From assembly GCA_024276605.1 (NCBI GenBank), contig JAJRWX010000033.1:19541-83540 (forward strand): 64,000 nt of DNA. Reading direction: 5' to 3'. The translations under genes and the position numbers were made by a program. The DNA comes from Planctomycetota bacterium. Its GTDB lineage: Bacteria; Planctomycetota; Phycisphaerae; UBA1845. The notes under the pieces were generated by a model. That model was not told where the DNA came from and did no database searches. It saw nothing but the letters and a program-made list of their open reading frames with translations. Below are positions 21,101 through 30,241 of this stretch, in pieces (position 1 is the first letter of the stretch; every line of letters starts with the position of its first letter).

Positions 21101-21892
21101 ACACGCAACGCCAAAATTCTCATTCGGGTGAGTGACCTGACCGGTTACCAAATCACATATATCGCGCGTACAGTCATTACCATCGGAGAGGACAATCGTG
21201 CCACCGAGAACTGGATCGCAACACTGCGTTGCGGGATCATAATTATCCGGATTTGAACAGACACCGGCCGTACACAAATCATCCGTACACGCCGTACCAT
21301 CATTACAATCACTTGCGATACTACACGCTACAACGTTCAAAACAGCTGCAGGACCGCGAGTAATAGGATAAGGTACTCCCGGACACGAGAGCGCGGTCTG
21401 GGCATCATACACGGCTGTAGTATCCGTACCCAAGCTGGCTGGCAATGCAACGGTCGTGGAACCTAGTATTGAGCCTACATCAAATTGAAACGTTGTAACC
21501 AGCAAACCAGCCGGTGTGGCGACCTCGGGTGTACCACAAGGGCCGGGCGTGAGACCAATCGTTGCCTTAAAGAAGGCATCGCCGTCCGTCCAGTCAGGAT
21601 TTAGCGGAGAGAAGGAACTAAAACCAGCGGAACCCCAAGCAGGCGCCCCTGTTAGATCGTGCCCCAATAACGTCATCTTGTTCGGGTCAAACAGTAAGAC
21701 AGCATCTACTCTGCCCACAGGCTCACCGGCAGGAAGATCTGAAACGACGTACAGCCCGACGCTTGCCGATGAACCGGCGATCACCGTTTGCGACGAAGGG
21801 CGCAGTTCTAGAGTGATGGCCGCAAAAGTGTGCTGTGCAAATAAGAGTATCGCGCAGCCAATGGTGAATAAACGGACCCCTGACGTAAACAT
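18167..21892 (-). CDS. Large secreted Cys-rich protein with two cohesin-like domains, CxDxxxCTxDxC repeats and a C-terminal dockerin-like motif
   Basis: Signal peptide after MFTSGVRL. Two similar domains (..VDAVLLFDP..DGDAFF..LLVTTFQF and ..VEAALLWDP..DGDALY..LWVTTFKF). Many CDD/NDGxxCTxDxC repeats. FGDTDGSGVINAGDI. Confidence 0.8.
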   Translation of the reverse strand: MFTSGVRLFTIGCAILLFAQHTFAAITLELRPSSQTVIAGSSASVGLYVVSDLPAGEPVGRVDAVLLFDPNKMTLLGHDLTGAPAWGSAGFSSFSPLNPDWTDGDAFFKATIGLTPGPCGTPEVATPAGLLVTTFQFDVGSILGSTTVALPASLGTDTTAVYDAQTALSCPGVPYPITRGPAAVLNVVACSIASDCNDGTACTDDLCTAGVCSNPDNYDPATQCCDPVLGGTIVLSDGNDCTRDICDLVTGQVTHPNENFGVACGDPSSSSCTTPDTCDGNGVCLTNNQTDGIPCAEVNQCIDAGTCLGGVCSNPTAFSPDGTVCDDGLYCTEALVNAVIEPGVCTGGVCGGTSPCSGVLPICFENPGGFICGNCTNRFECPGDFGCITWDCLSVFHICASTQNDVLCDDNLFCTAVDNCEQDGTCTNSGSPCLTGGICDEGNNVCVDCNVSSDCKACDVSGTICLDTADCPSGETCVPQFDLCNPIACNSGVCEFDTPVTCPQIQECLINVCNPTSGLCEFKIPEQVVCTPGSCPLGFQCNTQSGVCFRSDPCSDGNGCTQFDQCVNGTCLGGNRQLNENVEMRLIANPPQSGGSFYAVGETIDIRLELSIDALVSTSSRNISTVEAALLWDPSVIGGAVAPTINDPCTGTIDPLNDCPVGQYDWDMSAFGVISDGADLNLNLIDGDALYFAGVGLGDPMPTVSVTQDLWVTTFKFIAVAGTGGAGTNISLTACVGSTNGNEGSNSRVTSGVFDRTGQLFSETIVIGCQIAADCDDNNACTTDVCEIDQSCSNTPTYNVATECCNPSDGSVTQIFDANVCTDDVCDALTGVVTHPFSPSGQSCGNPAASECDAQDTCDGAVTCVDRQQPTGTTCGDTSNTACTNPDSCDGNGACLANDAATGTACPDGLLCNGDETCLGGVCQNGTPVDCSSDGIACTINDFCDENWLPLLCTGIPNDALCAPNEICDAELGCIIAVTCDPPIVSTVGSRYFSIEPLPIDGTVPTRFFITSPTWPCLAKFVGDPVPVDLDANGTIDGMAATLVDNFVNAGELTPTQWTGLACDNLSPTCSVDADCGAGGSCLPIMRCSESLEPCAIDADCPVVGETCIPGKLYVTGPDITPSDRNAAPVQYRVQADCGGVQTQPQTVQMQLFGDTDGSGVINAGDITLVVLGFQLFYHLPLGDPNGTLTVTVDHRGSANVCSIAVPPLVNVADITATVRSFQLLTYLDEVANSECSLPCP

Positions 21893-22572
21893 AGTTGCTT
21901 CTCCCTCAAAAACTGTGCCGCACGCTGCACTACCACGCCACAGCCTCTCCCTCAGAGACTGCACTACACGGGCACCGTCGCACAGTAAGTACGGACCCAT
22001 CCTTAGTACGAATGAACAGAGCCAAAAGGCTCAATTATTTGGGTACGGACTAACTACAATCACGACGACGTAGACACGTTCATTGTACCAACCTCGTTGT
22101 CTAAAAACAACACAAATCATTCATTGCATCCGGTAACGATCTAAAGTAGCGAACCGACATACCAGCCACATGACGACATTTTCGGATCGTAGTTATTGTG
22201 ACGAAATCACGTACAGTACGTCCTATAACCAAATCAACTACTATAATCGTGGTAAATTTGGGATAATGGGATGAATTATAGTTGAAGTAATATGGCAATG
22301 TTGTTACCCTGGGTGGTTGTGGAGAAATCGGCAAAATCACATCGAATACGGGGGATTTTGCATTGTTTACACCACCTCTCAGACAATCGTCAAGGAGGGG
22401 CGTATCGACATTGATACTGTTTGGTACACGTACGCAGAAAGACGTGAGCACTTATCTGTTAATAGTTGTTGAAATCGTATTGGCCGGGAGGCAATAATCG
22501 ATATAGGAGGTGCGGGGGAAGGTACTGACCTACCAGTGTACTTAACCTGCCTTTGATTGAGGTTCTGGAAAG

Positions 22573-23208
22573 ATGCGACAACCGGCTGCTCTACGCATAC
22601 ATTGGCTGCTCACCGTTATTTGCGCAACAGTTGCCGGTACTCAAACTACGGCTGCTACTATCGATTTTGACAATTTAGCCGTGGGCATCACCTACGGCGA
22701 AGCAGTGCCCAACGTTGAAGGCCAGGAAGTACTGGTTGAAAACGGCATCAGCATGTCCGTCGAGCGATTCAATTTTGGCAATTTTTCTGATTTTTTTGAA
22801 GCAACTGTCATCGGACCTGACCTCGTAGCGTTTCCGACCAACTCGTTGTCGCTTAACAATATCAACGTCGCGTTTGATTTCACGCAATTGGGTTTTACAC
22901 CCAACATGGTTTCTATCGAGTTTCGTGATCTTGGGGGTACCTCATCGATCAATAATTTTTCGGTGAATGGGATCGTACCCATTGAATTGGCGTCGCTGAC
23001 GGATATCCCAGCGGTACCGGTCAGCGGAATCACGGCAACGGTAAGCAATAACCAGATTATCCTGAACGGTGACGTTGAGCAGATACTCATCGGTGGCCAG
23101 GAGCTTATCATTGACAATTTGTTCGTTGTTCCTGAACCAGCCTCGGTACTACTACTGGCTATGGGCAGCTGTGTGCTTATCCGCCGTCGTTATTTCATGC
23201 AACGCTAA
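22573..23208 (+). CDS. PEP-CTERM sorting domain protein
   Basis: Signal peptide; C-terminal VPEPASVLLLAMGSCVLIRRR. Confidence 0.92.
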   Translation: MRQPAALRIHWLLTVICATVAGTQTTAATIDFDNLAVGITYGEAVPNVEGQEVLVENGISMSVERFNFGNFSDFFEATVIGPDLVAFPTNSLSLNNINVAFDFTQLGFTPNMVSIEFRDLGGTSSINNFSVNGIVPIELASLTDIPAVPVSGITATVSNNQIILNGDVEQILIGGQELIIDNLFVVPEPASVLLLAMGSCVLIRRRYFMQR

Positions 23209-23253
23209 TTATTACAATCTCCCCCGTGTTGACAAATCGAATACGCAAGCGCC

Positions 23254-23422
23254 GTGTCACAGCTTATTTTTGGGGTTCCTCAAGGGCGGCATGGGCAAGG
23301 CTTTTTTTGCCCGTTTTGGCTCCCGAAGCTACACGGGTAAGTCCCGATGTATCTCGACTTTACGTCGAGATACATCGGGACTTACCCATGCCACCCGAAA
23401 TGTTAGCTGTAACAAACACTAG
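23254..23422 (-). mobile_element. ~170-bp MITE-like element, copy 2 (inverted)
   Basis: Reverse complement aligns with 16541-16711, including the palindrome and the CTAG end. Confidence 0.75.
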
Positions 23423-23449
23423 GTTGTTGAATGAAGATTTTGAGCCAGG

Positions 23450-24097
23450 GTGGACGACACTAATGTCTGTACGTACATTCTGCCTCGAAGGAGTATGATA
23501 CGAGGGCTTGTTCTGGCTAGCGATCACAGTGACATCCCGATCCAACCCCCCACCACTTCCGGGACGCCCTCGTCGCGAGGCATCTTTTTATGGATAGTCT
23601 TGGTCGTGCTTTCCATCACACAGGTGGCGATGGCTACACCGACGGTGACTATCGAGGGCGGCGTGGATACCGCCGGGCGGATGTATACATGGATTGTATC
23701 GCACGATTACACTTCACCGATCGTCAGTCTCCAATTCCCTCAAGACCGGGCCAATGGCCTGACTGCACCACCCGGCTGGGAGGGCAAACTTCAACAAGCT
23801 GATGACAACCTACATCAGAGTGGTTTCGTACACTTCAGGTGTATCGATGAGTCACGCGCTATCAGGTCTGATCGACCGGCTACGTTCAAACTGAATTTGG
23901 TTTGGAGAGGCGCATCGCGCGGTGTTGGTGATGTGATAGTCCGGTTCGCCGACGGTACCCAGACCACAGCATTAGCCTCAATACCTATCAAAGAACCGGC
24001 TAGCGATCGAAATGTATCGCTGATCGGACTAGGTTCATTCTTCGCTATATTTCTTATTGTTCAAGCCATACGAAAACGTAGGCAACGATTGGCTTGA
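23450..24097 (+). CDS. Exported beta-rich protein with C-terminal membrane anchor
   Basis: Hydrophobic signal ending AMA and a C-terminal TM followed by RKRRQR. Start uncertain. Confidence 0.65.
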   Translation: MDDTNVCTYILPRRSMIRGLVLASDHSDIPIQPPTTSGTPSSRGIFLWIVLVVLSITQVAMATPTVTIEGGVDTAGRMYTWIVSHDYTSPIVSLQFPQDRANGLTAPPGWEGKLQQADDNLHQSGFVHFRCIDESRAIRSDRPATFKLNLVWRGASRGVGDVIVRFADGTQTTALASIPIKEPASDRNVSLIGLGSFFAIFLIVQAIRKRRQRLA

Positions 24098-24134
24098 TAA
24101 CCTTGTCCACGGACGAGGGAGACCTCGCGTCAAC

Positions 24135-25127
24135 TTATTTTCGCAGGTTTCCTATATCAATCTGCCGGGTGACGGCTTGTGGGAAAAGGTAGTTCTCTCC
24201 GTTAAAAAGCGTTAACTGACCCGATACTAAAAAGACGACACCCTCCGCACCGTGAGAAATGGTTTCGATCATCAGTTCGACATTGCGATTGGGCAATAAC
24301 TTTAGGGGAAGCTGTTCTTGCTTGTGACTACTCGTTTCGAGAACGAACGTCCACCACGGAGACTCTTCGATCAATCTACCCGGACGGCGTATCACAGGCG
24401 TACCTTCCGGGCGAACCGATGGCAATGACGTGGCGGCGAACGGAGGCATCGACGGTAATGGGGGGGAAGGTGGCGTAAGCAACTGCTCCTGTGGATTGAC
24501 ATTTCTCAGCACGGCTACGACATCGTCGAGAGGTGCGTTGATCTGAACATCAGCCTTGCTTGGTACAGTGGCTTGGTCAGGCTGCTGCGGTTCGATGCGT
24601 AACACAGAGCGCACCAGGACATAATTGTGTCCTGAAAATTCAGTTATCTCTACGGAAATGCTGAACAACAACGGCTCGGCTGAGCCTTGGCCGGAACGAA
24701 TCATGACTTCCAACCATTCGCATGGAAGAACCCGCAATGCCTGCCCCTGGTCATTATCTCGCGGCTGAAAAATCCACCACCGGCCATCTTGCTGAATTGA
24801 CCCTACGCTGTTCACTACGCGCGTCCCCTCGGGCAGAAGTTGAGGTGGAACCCCCTTGGCTTGTAATTCACGCGAACGCCTTGATGAAATGACCGCATTG
24901 AAAGGTCTGGTTTCTTGCAGCCTTTTCAATAACATCGCCGAGGTCGTGTCACTACGCTGGTCGGTCGGTTTGTCGAGCCATTCGTGTTGTGGCTTATCCG
25001 ATACAACTTTTTCTTCAGATTGAACGGCGAAAGCAACCGTCGAGAAACAATACCAAACGACAAGGCCCATGACCAACATAAAACTCTTGGACCTGATCGA
25101 GCGGGTTTTTCGATGGAGGGTTATCAT
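24135..25127 (-). CDS. Exported hypothetical protein with a duplicated domain
   Basis: Signal peptide; two copies of PEGT.V....G......WW.F...L..LP....E.MI....F..S...T.F.G.NY. Confidence 0.75.
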   Translation of the reverse strand: MITLHRKTRSIRSKSFMLVMGLVVWYCFSTVAFAVQSEEKVVSDKPQHEWLDKPTDQRSDTTSAMLLKRLQETRPFNAVISSRRSRELQAKGVPPQLLPEGTRVVNSVGSIQQDGRWWIFQPRDNDQGQALRVLPCEWLEVMIRSGQGSAEPLLFSISVEITEFSGHNYVLVRSVLRIEPQQPDQATVPSKADVQINAPLDDVVAVLRNVNPQEQLLTPPSPPLPSMPPFAATSLPSVRPEGTPVIRRPGRLIEESPWWTFVLETSSHKQEQLPLKLLPNRNVELMIETISHGAEGVVFLVSGQLTLFNGENYLFPQAVTRQIDIGNLRK

Positions 25128-25208
25128 GGGCTAAGCCTCTAAAGAGGATACTGGCCGTACTACGGAACTATCCACAATCATTCACTTTTTGCAACCCACA
25201 AAGGCCGT

Positions 25209-27446
25209 TTACTTTTTGGCAGTAAGTTGACCGGCTAAGTCGTGCGGCGTGGTTACCGGTAATTTGCAGGTATATTTTTCGCACACATAGGCCGTGGGTT
25301 TTCCACCCCTCATCTGCTTGCCCTTAAGCAAGGGCAGGTCTGAATCAGGGTCAGGTTTGGCGACGGCCACGACGACCTTGTTGGGTAAGTAAGTACTGTA
25401 CACCGTACGCAGTAAGGCTTTAGTAGCCTCATCGCCAGGGTCGCCGATGATGACGATTTCCTTGACCCTGTCATGGTAGAAATCCACCGCGCATAACAAT
25501 CGCTCAGACGAAATCGTGGAGCGACCATCGGCACCGCCTTGATCTCTGAAAATGGACTCGGCCCTTTCGCGGAAATCCTTACGGTCGAGAAGCACAGCCA
25601 AGCGGAGTAGATTCATTGCATGTACGGAATTTCCGGCGGGGATGGCCCCGTCGCGCGAGTTCTTGGATCGTGCAATGAGCGTCTCGGCGTCGTGAGCAGT
25701 GAAGAAAAAGCCGCCGCTACCTTCGTCGAAATAATACTTAATCGACGTTTCAGTTAATTCAATGGCGGCGTCGAGCCACTTCCGCTGTCCGGTCGCTTCA
25801 TAAAGATTGATCAGACCGTCGATGAAAAAAGCGTAGTCGCTTAGATAGGCCGTGAGCCTGGCTTGCCCCATTCTATAGGTACGTAGTAGTCGCCCATCTT
25901 TACGCATGTGATCGAGAATGAACTGCGCTGCCTTAGCAGCTGCGGCTGCGTACTTCGGTTCACCGAGCACGCGAGCGCCCTTAGCCATGCTAGCTATCAT
26001 CAACCCATTCCAACCGGTCAACACCTTATCGTCCAAAGGAGGTGGCACACGCATGGATCGCACCTGCATCAACTTAGAGCGCCAGGTTTTAAGTTTTTGT
26101 TTGAACTGCCCCACATCGAGTTTATGTTTTTTTGCGAAAAGGTCCGGCGGCGTGGTGATATGCAAAATGTTCTTCGCCCCGGCTGGGGCATGACCACGAT
26201 ATTCGATCCAGTTACCTTCGGGGGTTACGTCGTAGTATGCACAAAAGAGCTTGCCCTCGTCGGGGCCTAGTATTTGATTGATTTGCTCCACGGTCCAGAT
26301 GTAGAATTTACCCTCCAAGCCTTCGCTGTCAGCGTCCCGGCTGGAATAAAAACCACCCTTGGGGTCTTGCATGTCCGTTATGACATAATCGAAAATATCG
26401 GCTGCGATGTAGGCGTATAGTGGGTCTTTGGAAACCTGATAGGCATCTAGATAAATAGCGCTGACCATGCCCTGGTCGTAAAGCATTTTCTCGAAGTGGG
26501 GCACCAGCCAATTCACATCCGTACTATACCGGCAGATGCCGCCGCCAAGATGGTCGTAAATGCCGCCACGGGCCATGTGATCCAGTGTCAACTTAACGGC
26601 ATCGAAAAGATCACCGTTGCCATTTCTTTTATATACCCGCAACATCAGATCCATAGCCATGCTGGGTGGGAATTTGTTGGTTCCGCCACCGGACATCCCA
26701 CCCGTATTTTTATCGAAATAACGAGCGTAGTTATTAGCGGCGCTGTCTACCATTTTTCTAGGCGTCACATTCGTGGCCGGTGTCGTCGAAACGGACCAGT
26801 CTGCAAAAAACTGTTGGGCATCATCGGCACTATTAAAAATTTTCTGGCGGTCTGATATCCAACTATCGCTCACCTGATTCAACGTGGCCATGAACCGGGC
26901 CTTTGGGAAATAGGTGCCGGCAAGAAATGGCTGACCATCCGGCAATAGCCAAACACTCATGGGCCAACCGCCGTGTCCCGTGGATGCCTGGGTGTAGGCC
27001 ATGTAAATCTCGTCGATGTCCGGTCGCTCTTCGCGGTCGACTTTGATACTAATGAAGTGCTCGTTGAGAATCGCAGCCACGTCTTCCTGCTCGAAGCTCT
27101 CATGCTCCATGACGTGACACCAATGGCAAGCGGCGTAACCGATACTCAGGAAGATCAGCTTATCCTCTTTCTTGGCTTTCTTCAGCGCCTCCTCGCCCCA
27201 TTCGTGCCAGTTCACGGGATTGTGGGCGTGTTGCAAAAGGTAGGGACTGGTGGCGTTGATGAGGGAATTGGTATGCTTGTGTTGCGTTTGCGTAGTCACT
27301 TTGGACTCCCCTAATTGAGCTTTGTTTGGTGGTGAGGCTAGGACCGGCGTAGTGGTTGCGATAATCATAGACGCAATTAGCCCGGTGGTTATCGTCGAAC
27401 GCCAACTCGCGCCTACTCTCGAACATTTCCCAACGTGTATGCACAT
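25209..27446 (-). CDS. Thioredoxin-domain protein, YyaL/SSP411 (DUF255) family
   Basis: [64 protein letters not shown]. Confidence 0.95.
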   Translation of the reverse strand: MCIHVGKCSRVGASWRSTITTGLIASMIIATTTPVLASPPNKAQLGESKVTTQTQHKHTNSLINATSPYLLQHAHNPVNWHEWGEEALKKAKKEDKLIFLSIGYAACHWCHVMEHESFEQEDVAAILNEHFISIKVDREERPDIDEIYMAYTQASTGHGGWPMSVWLLPDGQPFLAGTYFPKARFMATLNQVSDSWISDRQKIFNSADDAQQFFADWSVSTTPATNVTPRKMVDSAANNYARYFDKNTGGMSGGGTNKFPPSMAMDLMLRVYKRNGNGDLFDAVKLTLDHMARGGIYDHLGGGICRYSTDVNWLVPHFEKMLYDQGMVSAIYLDAYQVSKDPLYAYIAADIFDYVITDMQDPKGGFYSSRDADSEGLEGKFYIWTVEQINQILGPDEGKLFCAYYDVTPEGNWIEYRGHAPAGAKNILHITTPPDLFAKKHKLDVGQFKQKLKTWRSKLMQVRSMRVPPPLDDKVLTGWNGLMIASMAKGARVLGEPKYAAAAAKAAQFILDHMRKDGRLLRTYRMGQARLTAYLSDYAFFIDGLINLYEATGQRKWLDAAIELTETSIKYYFDEGSGGFFFTAHDAETLIARSKNSRDGAIPAGNSVHAMNLLRLAVLLDRKDFRERAESIFRDQGGADGRSTISSERLLCAVDFYHDRVKEIVIIGDPGDEATKALLRTVYSTYLPNKVVVAVAKPDPDSDLPLLKGKQMRGGKPTAYVCEKYTCKLPVTTPHDLAGQLTAKK

Positions 27447-27582
27447 AACATAGCCTTTGTTGCCGGTGATTCTTTTTGCCCAATTAAGGATTGTAGTGCA
27501 AGCGTGATTATCGTCAAAGAATGGGGAGACGCGCGGGGTGCCTCATCCTTTGCCTACTGGCATAGGGTGGGGGACGGATCAG

Positions 27583-27878
27583 TTAGCGCATTGGCCACGA
27601 ACCATCCCAGTCCATAGCCAACATGGAATCATCATTATATTCGTAATACCGATAGCTACTCCACATCCATAATTCGGCATGATCGACAAGCCCTCGCGTG
27701 ATCGAGTTCTTGTGGATGTAGTCCAGCTTCGTGTGCAATGTTCTTTCGGGGGTCACGTTGAAGTCGTAAGCGCGAGTTTTCCAGAATCATGCGGGAAGAA
27801 CTGCAGCCTACGATAGCAGGAGATTGTTAGGCAATGGACATGGCCATATTCATCGTATCGACGGAGATTACTGGGCAT
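27583..27878 (-). pseudogene. Internally deleted REP-associated tyrosine transposase (RAYT), flanked by inverted REPs at 27536-27579 and 27902-27945
   Basis: Manual translation: N-terminus MPSNLRRYDEYGHVHCLTISCYRRLQFF joined out of frame to FWKTRAYDFNV..KLDYIHKNSITRGLV..ELWMWSSYRYY. The HUH core is missing. Confidence 0.85.
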
Positions 27879-28112
27879 GACGTAAGTCTAACAGACTTCG
27901 TATCCTTCCTCCACCCTTTGCCAGTAGGCAAAGGATGGGGCACCCGCAGCCTTATCGAGCTAACGTAAGCGAAGTCCGATCGTGTTCACGGATTTCCTTG
28001 CCTATTGGGATTCTCGATAGATTCGTCATGCATATATAGTGTCTTAAACTTGTCACAATCTACCTATCATCGGCTCCCCCATGTCCAAAAGGAAGGACAT
28101 GGGCCACCCCGA

Positions 28113-28199
28113 TCGACGGAGATTACTGGGCATGGCGTAAGTCTAACATACTTCGTATCCTTCCCCCACCCTTTGCCAGTAGGCAAAGGATGGGGCACC
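28113..28199 (-). repeat. Second copy of the RAYT 5' end plus REP
   Basis: TCGACGGAGATTACTGGGCAT..CGTAAGTCTAACA..CTTCGTATCCTTCC..CACCCTTTGCCAGTAGGCAAAGGATGGGGCACC duplicates about 27858-27944. Confidence 0.85.
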
Positions 28200-28212
28200 G
28201 GATTGGTTATGA

Positions 28213-29496
28213 TTATTCACTCCTCTCCAAGGCGACCAGGTCTTCGTATGTTTCTCTTCGACGTATCAGTTTGACCTTGTCACCATGCACCAATACTTCG
28301 GCGGCTCTTGGTCTGGAGTTGTATTGATTGCTCATAGAAAAACCGTAGGCACCAGATGAGAATATGCAAAGCAAATCACCGCGTACCACCGGCGGTAGCC
28401 AACGATCCTTGGCTAGGAAGTCACCGGTTTCGCATACCGGCCCTACGATGTCAACGCGTTCCGTGCCTTCGAGTTGTAAATCATGTTTGCGCTGAGGTGG
28501 AACCATCTCCTTCACTGGGGCGACCGGCCAAGCGAAGTGAAAGGCATCGTAGAGCGCGGGGCGAATTAAATCGGTCATAGCTGCATCTACAATGACAAAT
28601 TGTTTTTCACCGGAAGATTTCTTAAAAATCGTTCGCGCAATCAGCACCCCGGCATTGGCTGTGATACTGCGTCCCGGCTCGAGCATCACGGTCAACTTCG
28701 TACCCTGCAACAAGGGTACGATGTTAGCCGCGTAGTCAGCAGCCGTGGGCGCTTCCTCGCCTGTGTAGTGGGCGCCGTATCCGCCACCGACATTGATCGA
28801 CGTGATAGTATGCCCACCGGCTCTTAACCGGGCAATTAAATCCAACGTTCGTTTGATCGAATCCACATAGGCTTCGATGTGATGAACTGGAGATCCAATG
28901 TGAACGTGAACGCCGGCTAAGTTGATCGATGGCGTTTTGGCGAATGCCTCAAAGACGCGCTGCGCGAGCGGAAGGTCCACACCGAATTTTGTCTCGCGTT
29001 TGCCTGTCGTAGTATGGTGGTGTGTTTGTGGATCAACGTCAGGATTCACACGTAATGCTACTTGCGCAATCGTGCCCCGCTGTGACGCAAGATGAGCCAG
29101 GATTTCCAGCTCTTGTTCAGATTCGGCGTTGAACCAACCGATACCCGCATCCAAGGCGGCGATCATCTCCAGGTCCGTTTTGCCCACCCCTGCAAAAACA
29201 ACACGTTTAGGATCAACACCAACCTCTAACACGCGAGCCAGTTCACCGCCACTGACGACGTCAAAGCATGCACCACAGGTATTGAGTAACGCTAGGATAG
29301 ACAAATTCGAACAACTCTTCACGGAATAGCACATGTTCGCGGATAGAGATTCAAACGCCGTAACCATGCGGTTGTAATGATCGACGATGGTTTGCTGTGA
29401 ATATACATACAACGGCGTACCGAACCTCGAGGCCAAAGCTGTTACATCCACGGATTCGCAGTGCAAAACGCCGTGCTTAAAGGAAAAGTGATCCAC
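28213..29496 (-). CDS. lysA: Diaminopimelate decarboxylase
   Basis: GTPLYVYS, YSVKS, DVVSGGEL, KFG, HIGS, EPGR, GPVCETGD, GAYG..M..YNSRPR. Confidence 0.97.
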   Translation of the reverse strand: MDHFSFKHGVLHCESVDVTALASRFGTPLYVYSQQTIVDHYNRMVTAFESLSANMCYSVKSCSNLSILALLNTCGACFDVVSGGELARVLEVGVDPKRVVFAGVGKTDLEMIAALDAGIGWFNAESEQELEILAHLASQRGTIAQVALRVNPDVDPQTHHHTTTGKRETKFGVDLPLAQRVFEAFAKTPSINLAGVHVHIGSPVHHIEAYVDSIKRTLDLIARLRAGGHTITSINVGGGYGAHYTGEEAPTAADYAANIVPLLQGTKLTVMLEPGRSITANAGVLIARTIFKKSSGEKQFVIVDAAMTDLIRPALYDAFHFAWPVAPVKEMVPPQRKHDLQLEGTERVDIVGPVCETGDFLAKDRWLPPVVRGDLLCIFSSGAYGFSMSNQYNSRPRAAEVLVHGDKVKLIRRRETYEDLVALERSE

Positions 29497-29661
29497 GTCG
29501 AATATCCCTCGTTTGTGGGTGATGGTTTTTAGTACTTACACGTCTCACCTATTGTGCACGCGCGGTGCGCATTCGCCTAATTTCCTCAGACACGAGACTC
29601 AAATGCCTTGACCACTGGTATCGCTATCGGTTATGTCGTGTTTTTGAAATGGATGAAATCT

Positions 29662-30147
29662 ATGGGAAAAAGTAACCTAGCAGCGGAAATCTTACTCTTC
29701 ACCGATGGCGCGTGCAGTGGAAATCCAGGTCCGGGAGGCTGGGCGGCGATACTCCGGCATGTCGAATCTGATAAAGAAAAAAAAATCTCCGGCAGCGAAG
29801 CGAGGACTACAAATAACCGCATGGAATTGATGGCTGCGATCGAAGGGTTGCGGGCTATCAATGCGGATAGACGACATCGCGTTTGCTTAATCAGCGACAG
29901 TCAGTACGTCATTTTTGGATTGACGCAGTGGATTAAGGGATGGATTGCCAACGATTGGCGACGTGGGAAAAAGTCTAACGCCCCCCCCGTGCTCAACGTG
30001 GACCTCTGGAAAACGTTGTATGAATTATCTCAACAACATGATATGACCTACGAACACGTTCGAGGCCATAGTGGACATCTAGAGAATGAGGAATGCGATA
30101 GAATGGCTGTCGCGGCTATAAAAGACCTAAAGCGCGGGAATGATTAA
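29662..30147 (+). CDS. rnhA: Ribonuclease HI
   Basis: FTDGACSGNPGPGGW, TTNNRMEL, DSQY, NVDLW, HVRGHSG..ENEECD. Confidence 0.97.
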   Translation: MGKSNLAAEILLFTDGACSGNPGPGGWAAILRHVESDKEKKISGSEARTTNNRMELMAAIEGLRAINADRRHRVCLISDSQYVIFGLTQWIKGWIANDWRRGKKSNAPPVLNVDLWKTLYELSQQHDMTYEHVRGHSGHLENEECDRMAVAAIKDLKRGND

Positions 30148-30241
30148 CCCCCTTAGTATCGTGTTTCTTTGCGGCGTCCATACGTACGACAATAGCAACG
30201 GTAGGTAAAACACCTGCCCAACCGACGGAGAGAAGTACCCG

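Noticed and set aside
22001-22572. Long AT-rich intergenic region with a 116-aa ORF
   Set aside because: It looks like a divergent promoter region; no recognisable RNA motif or coding signal.
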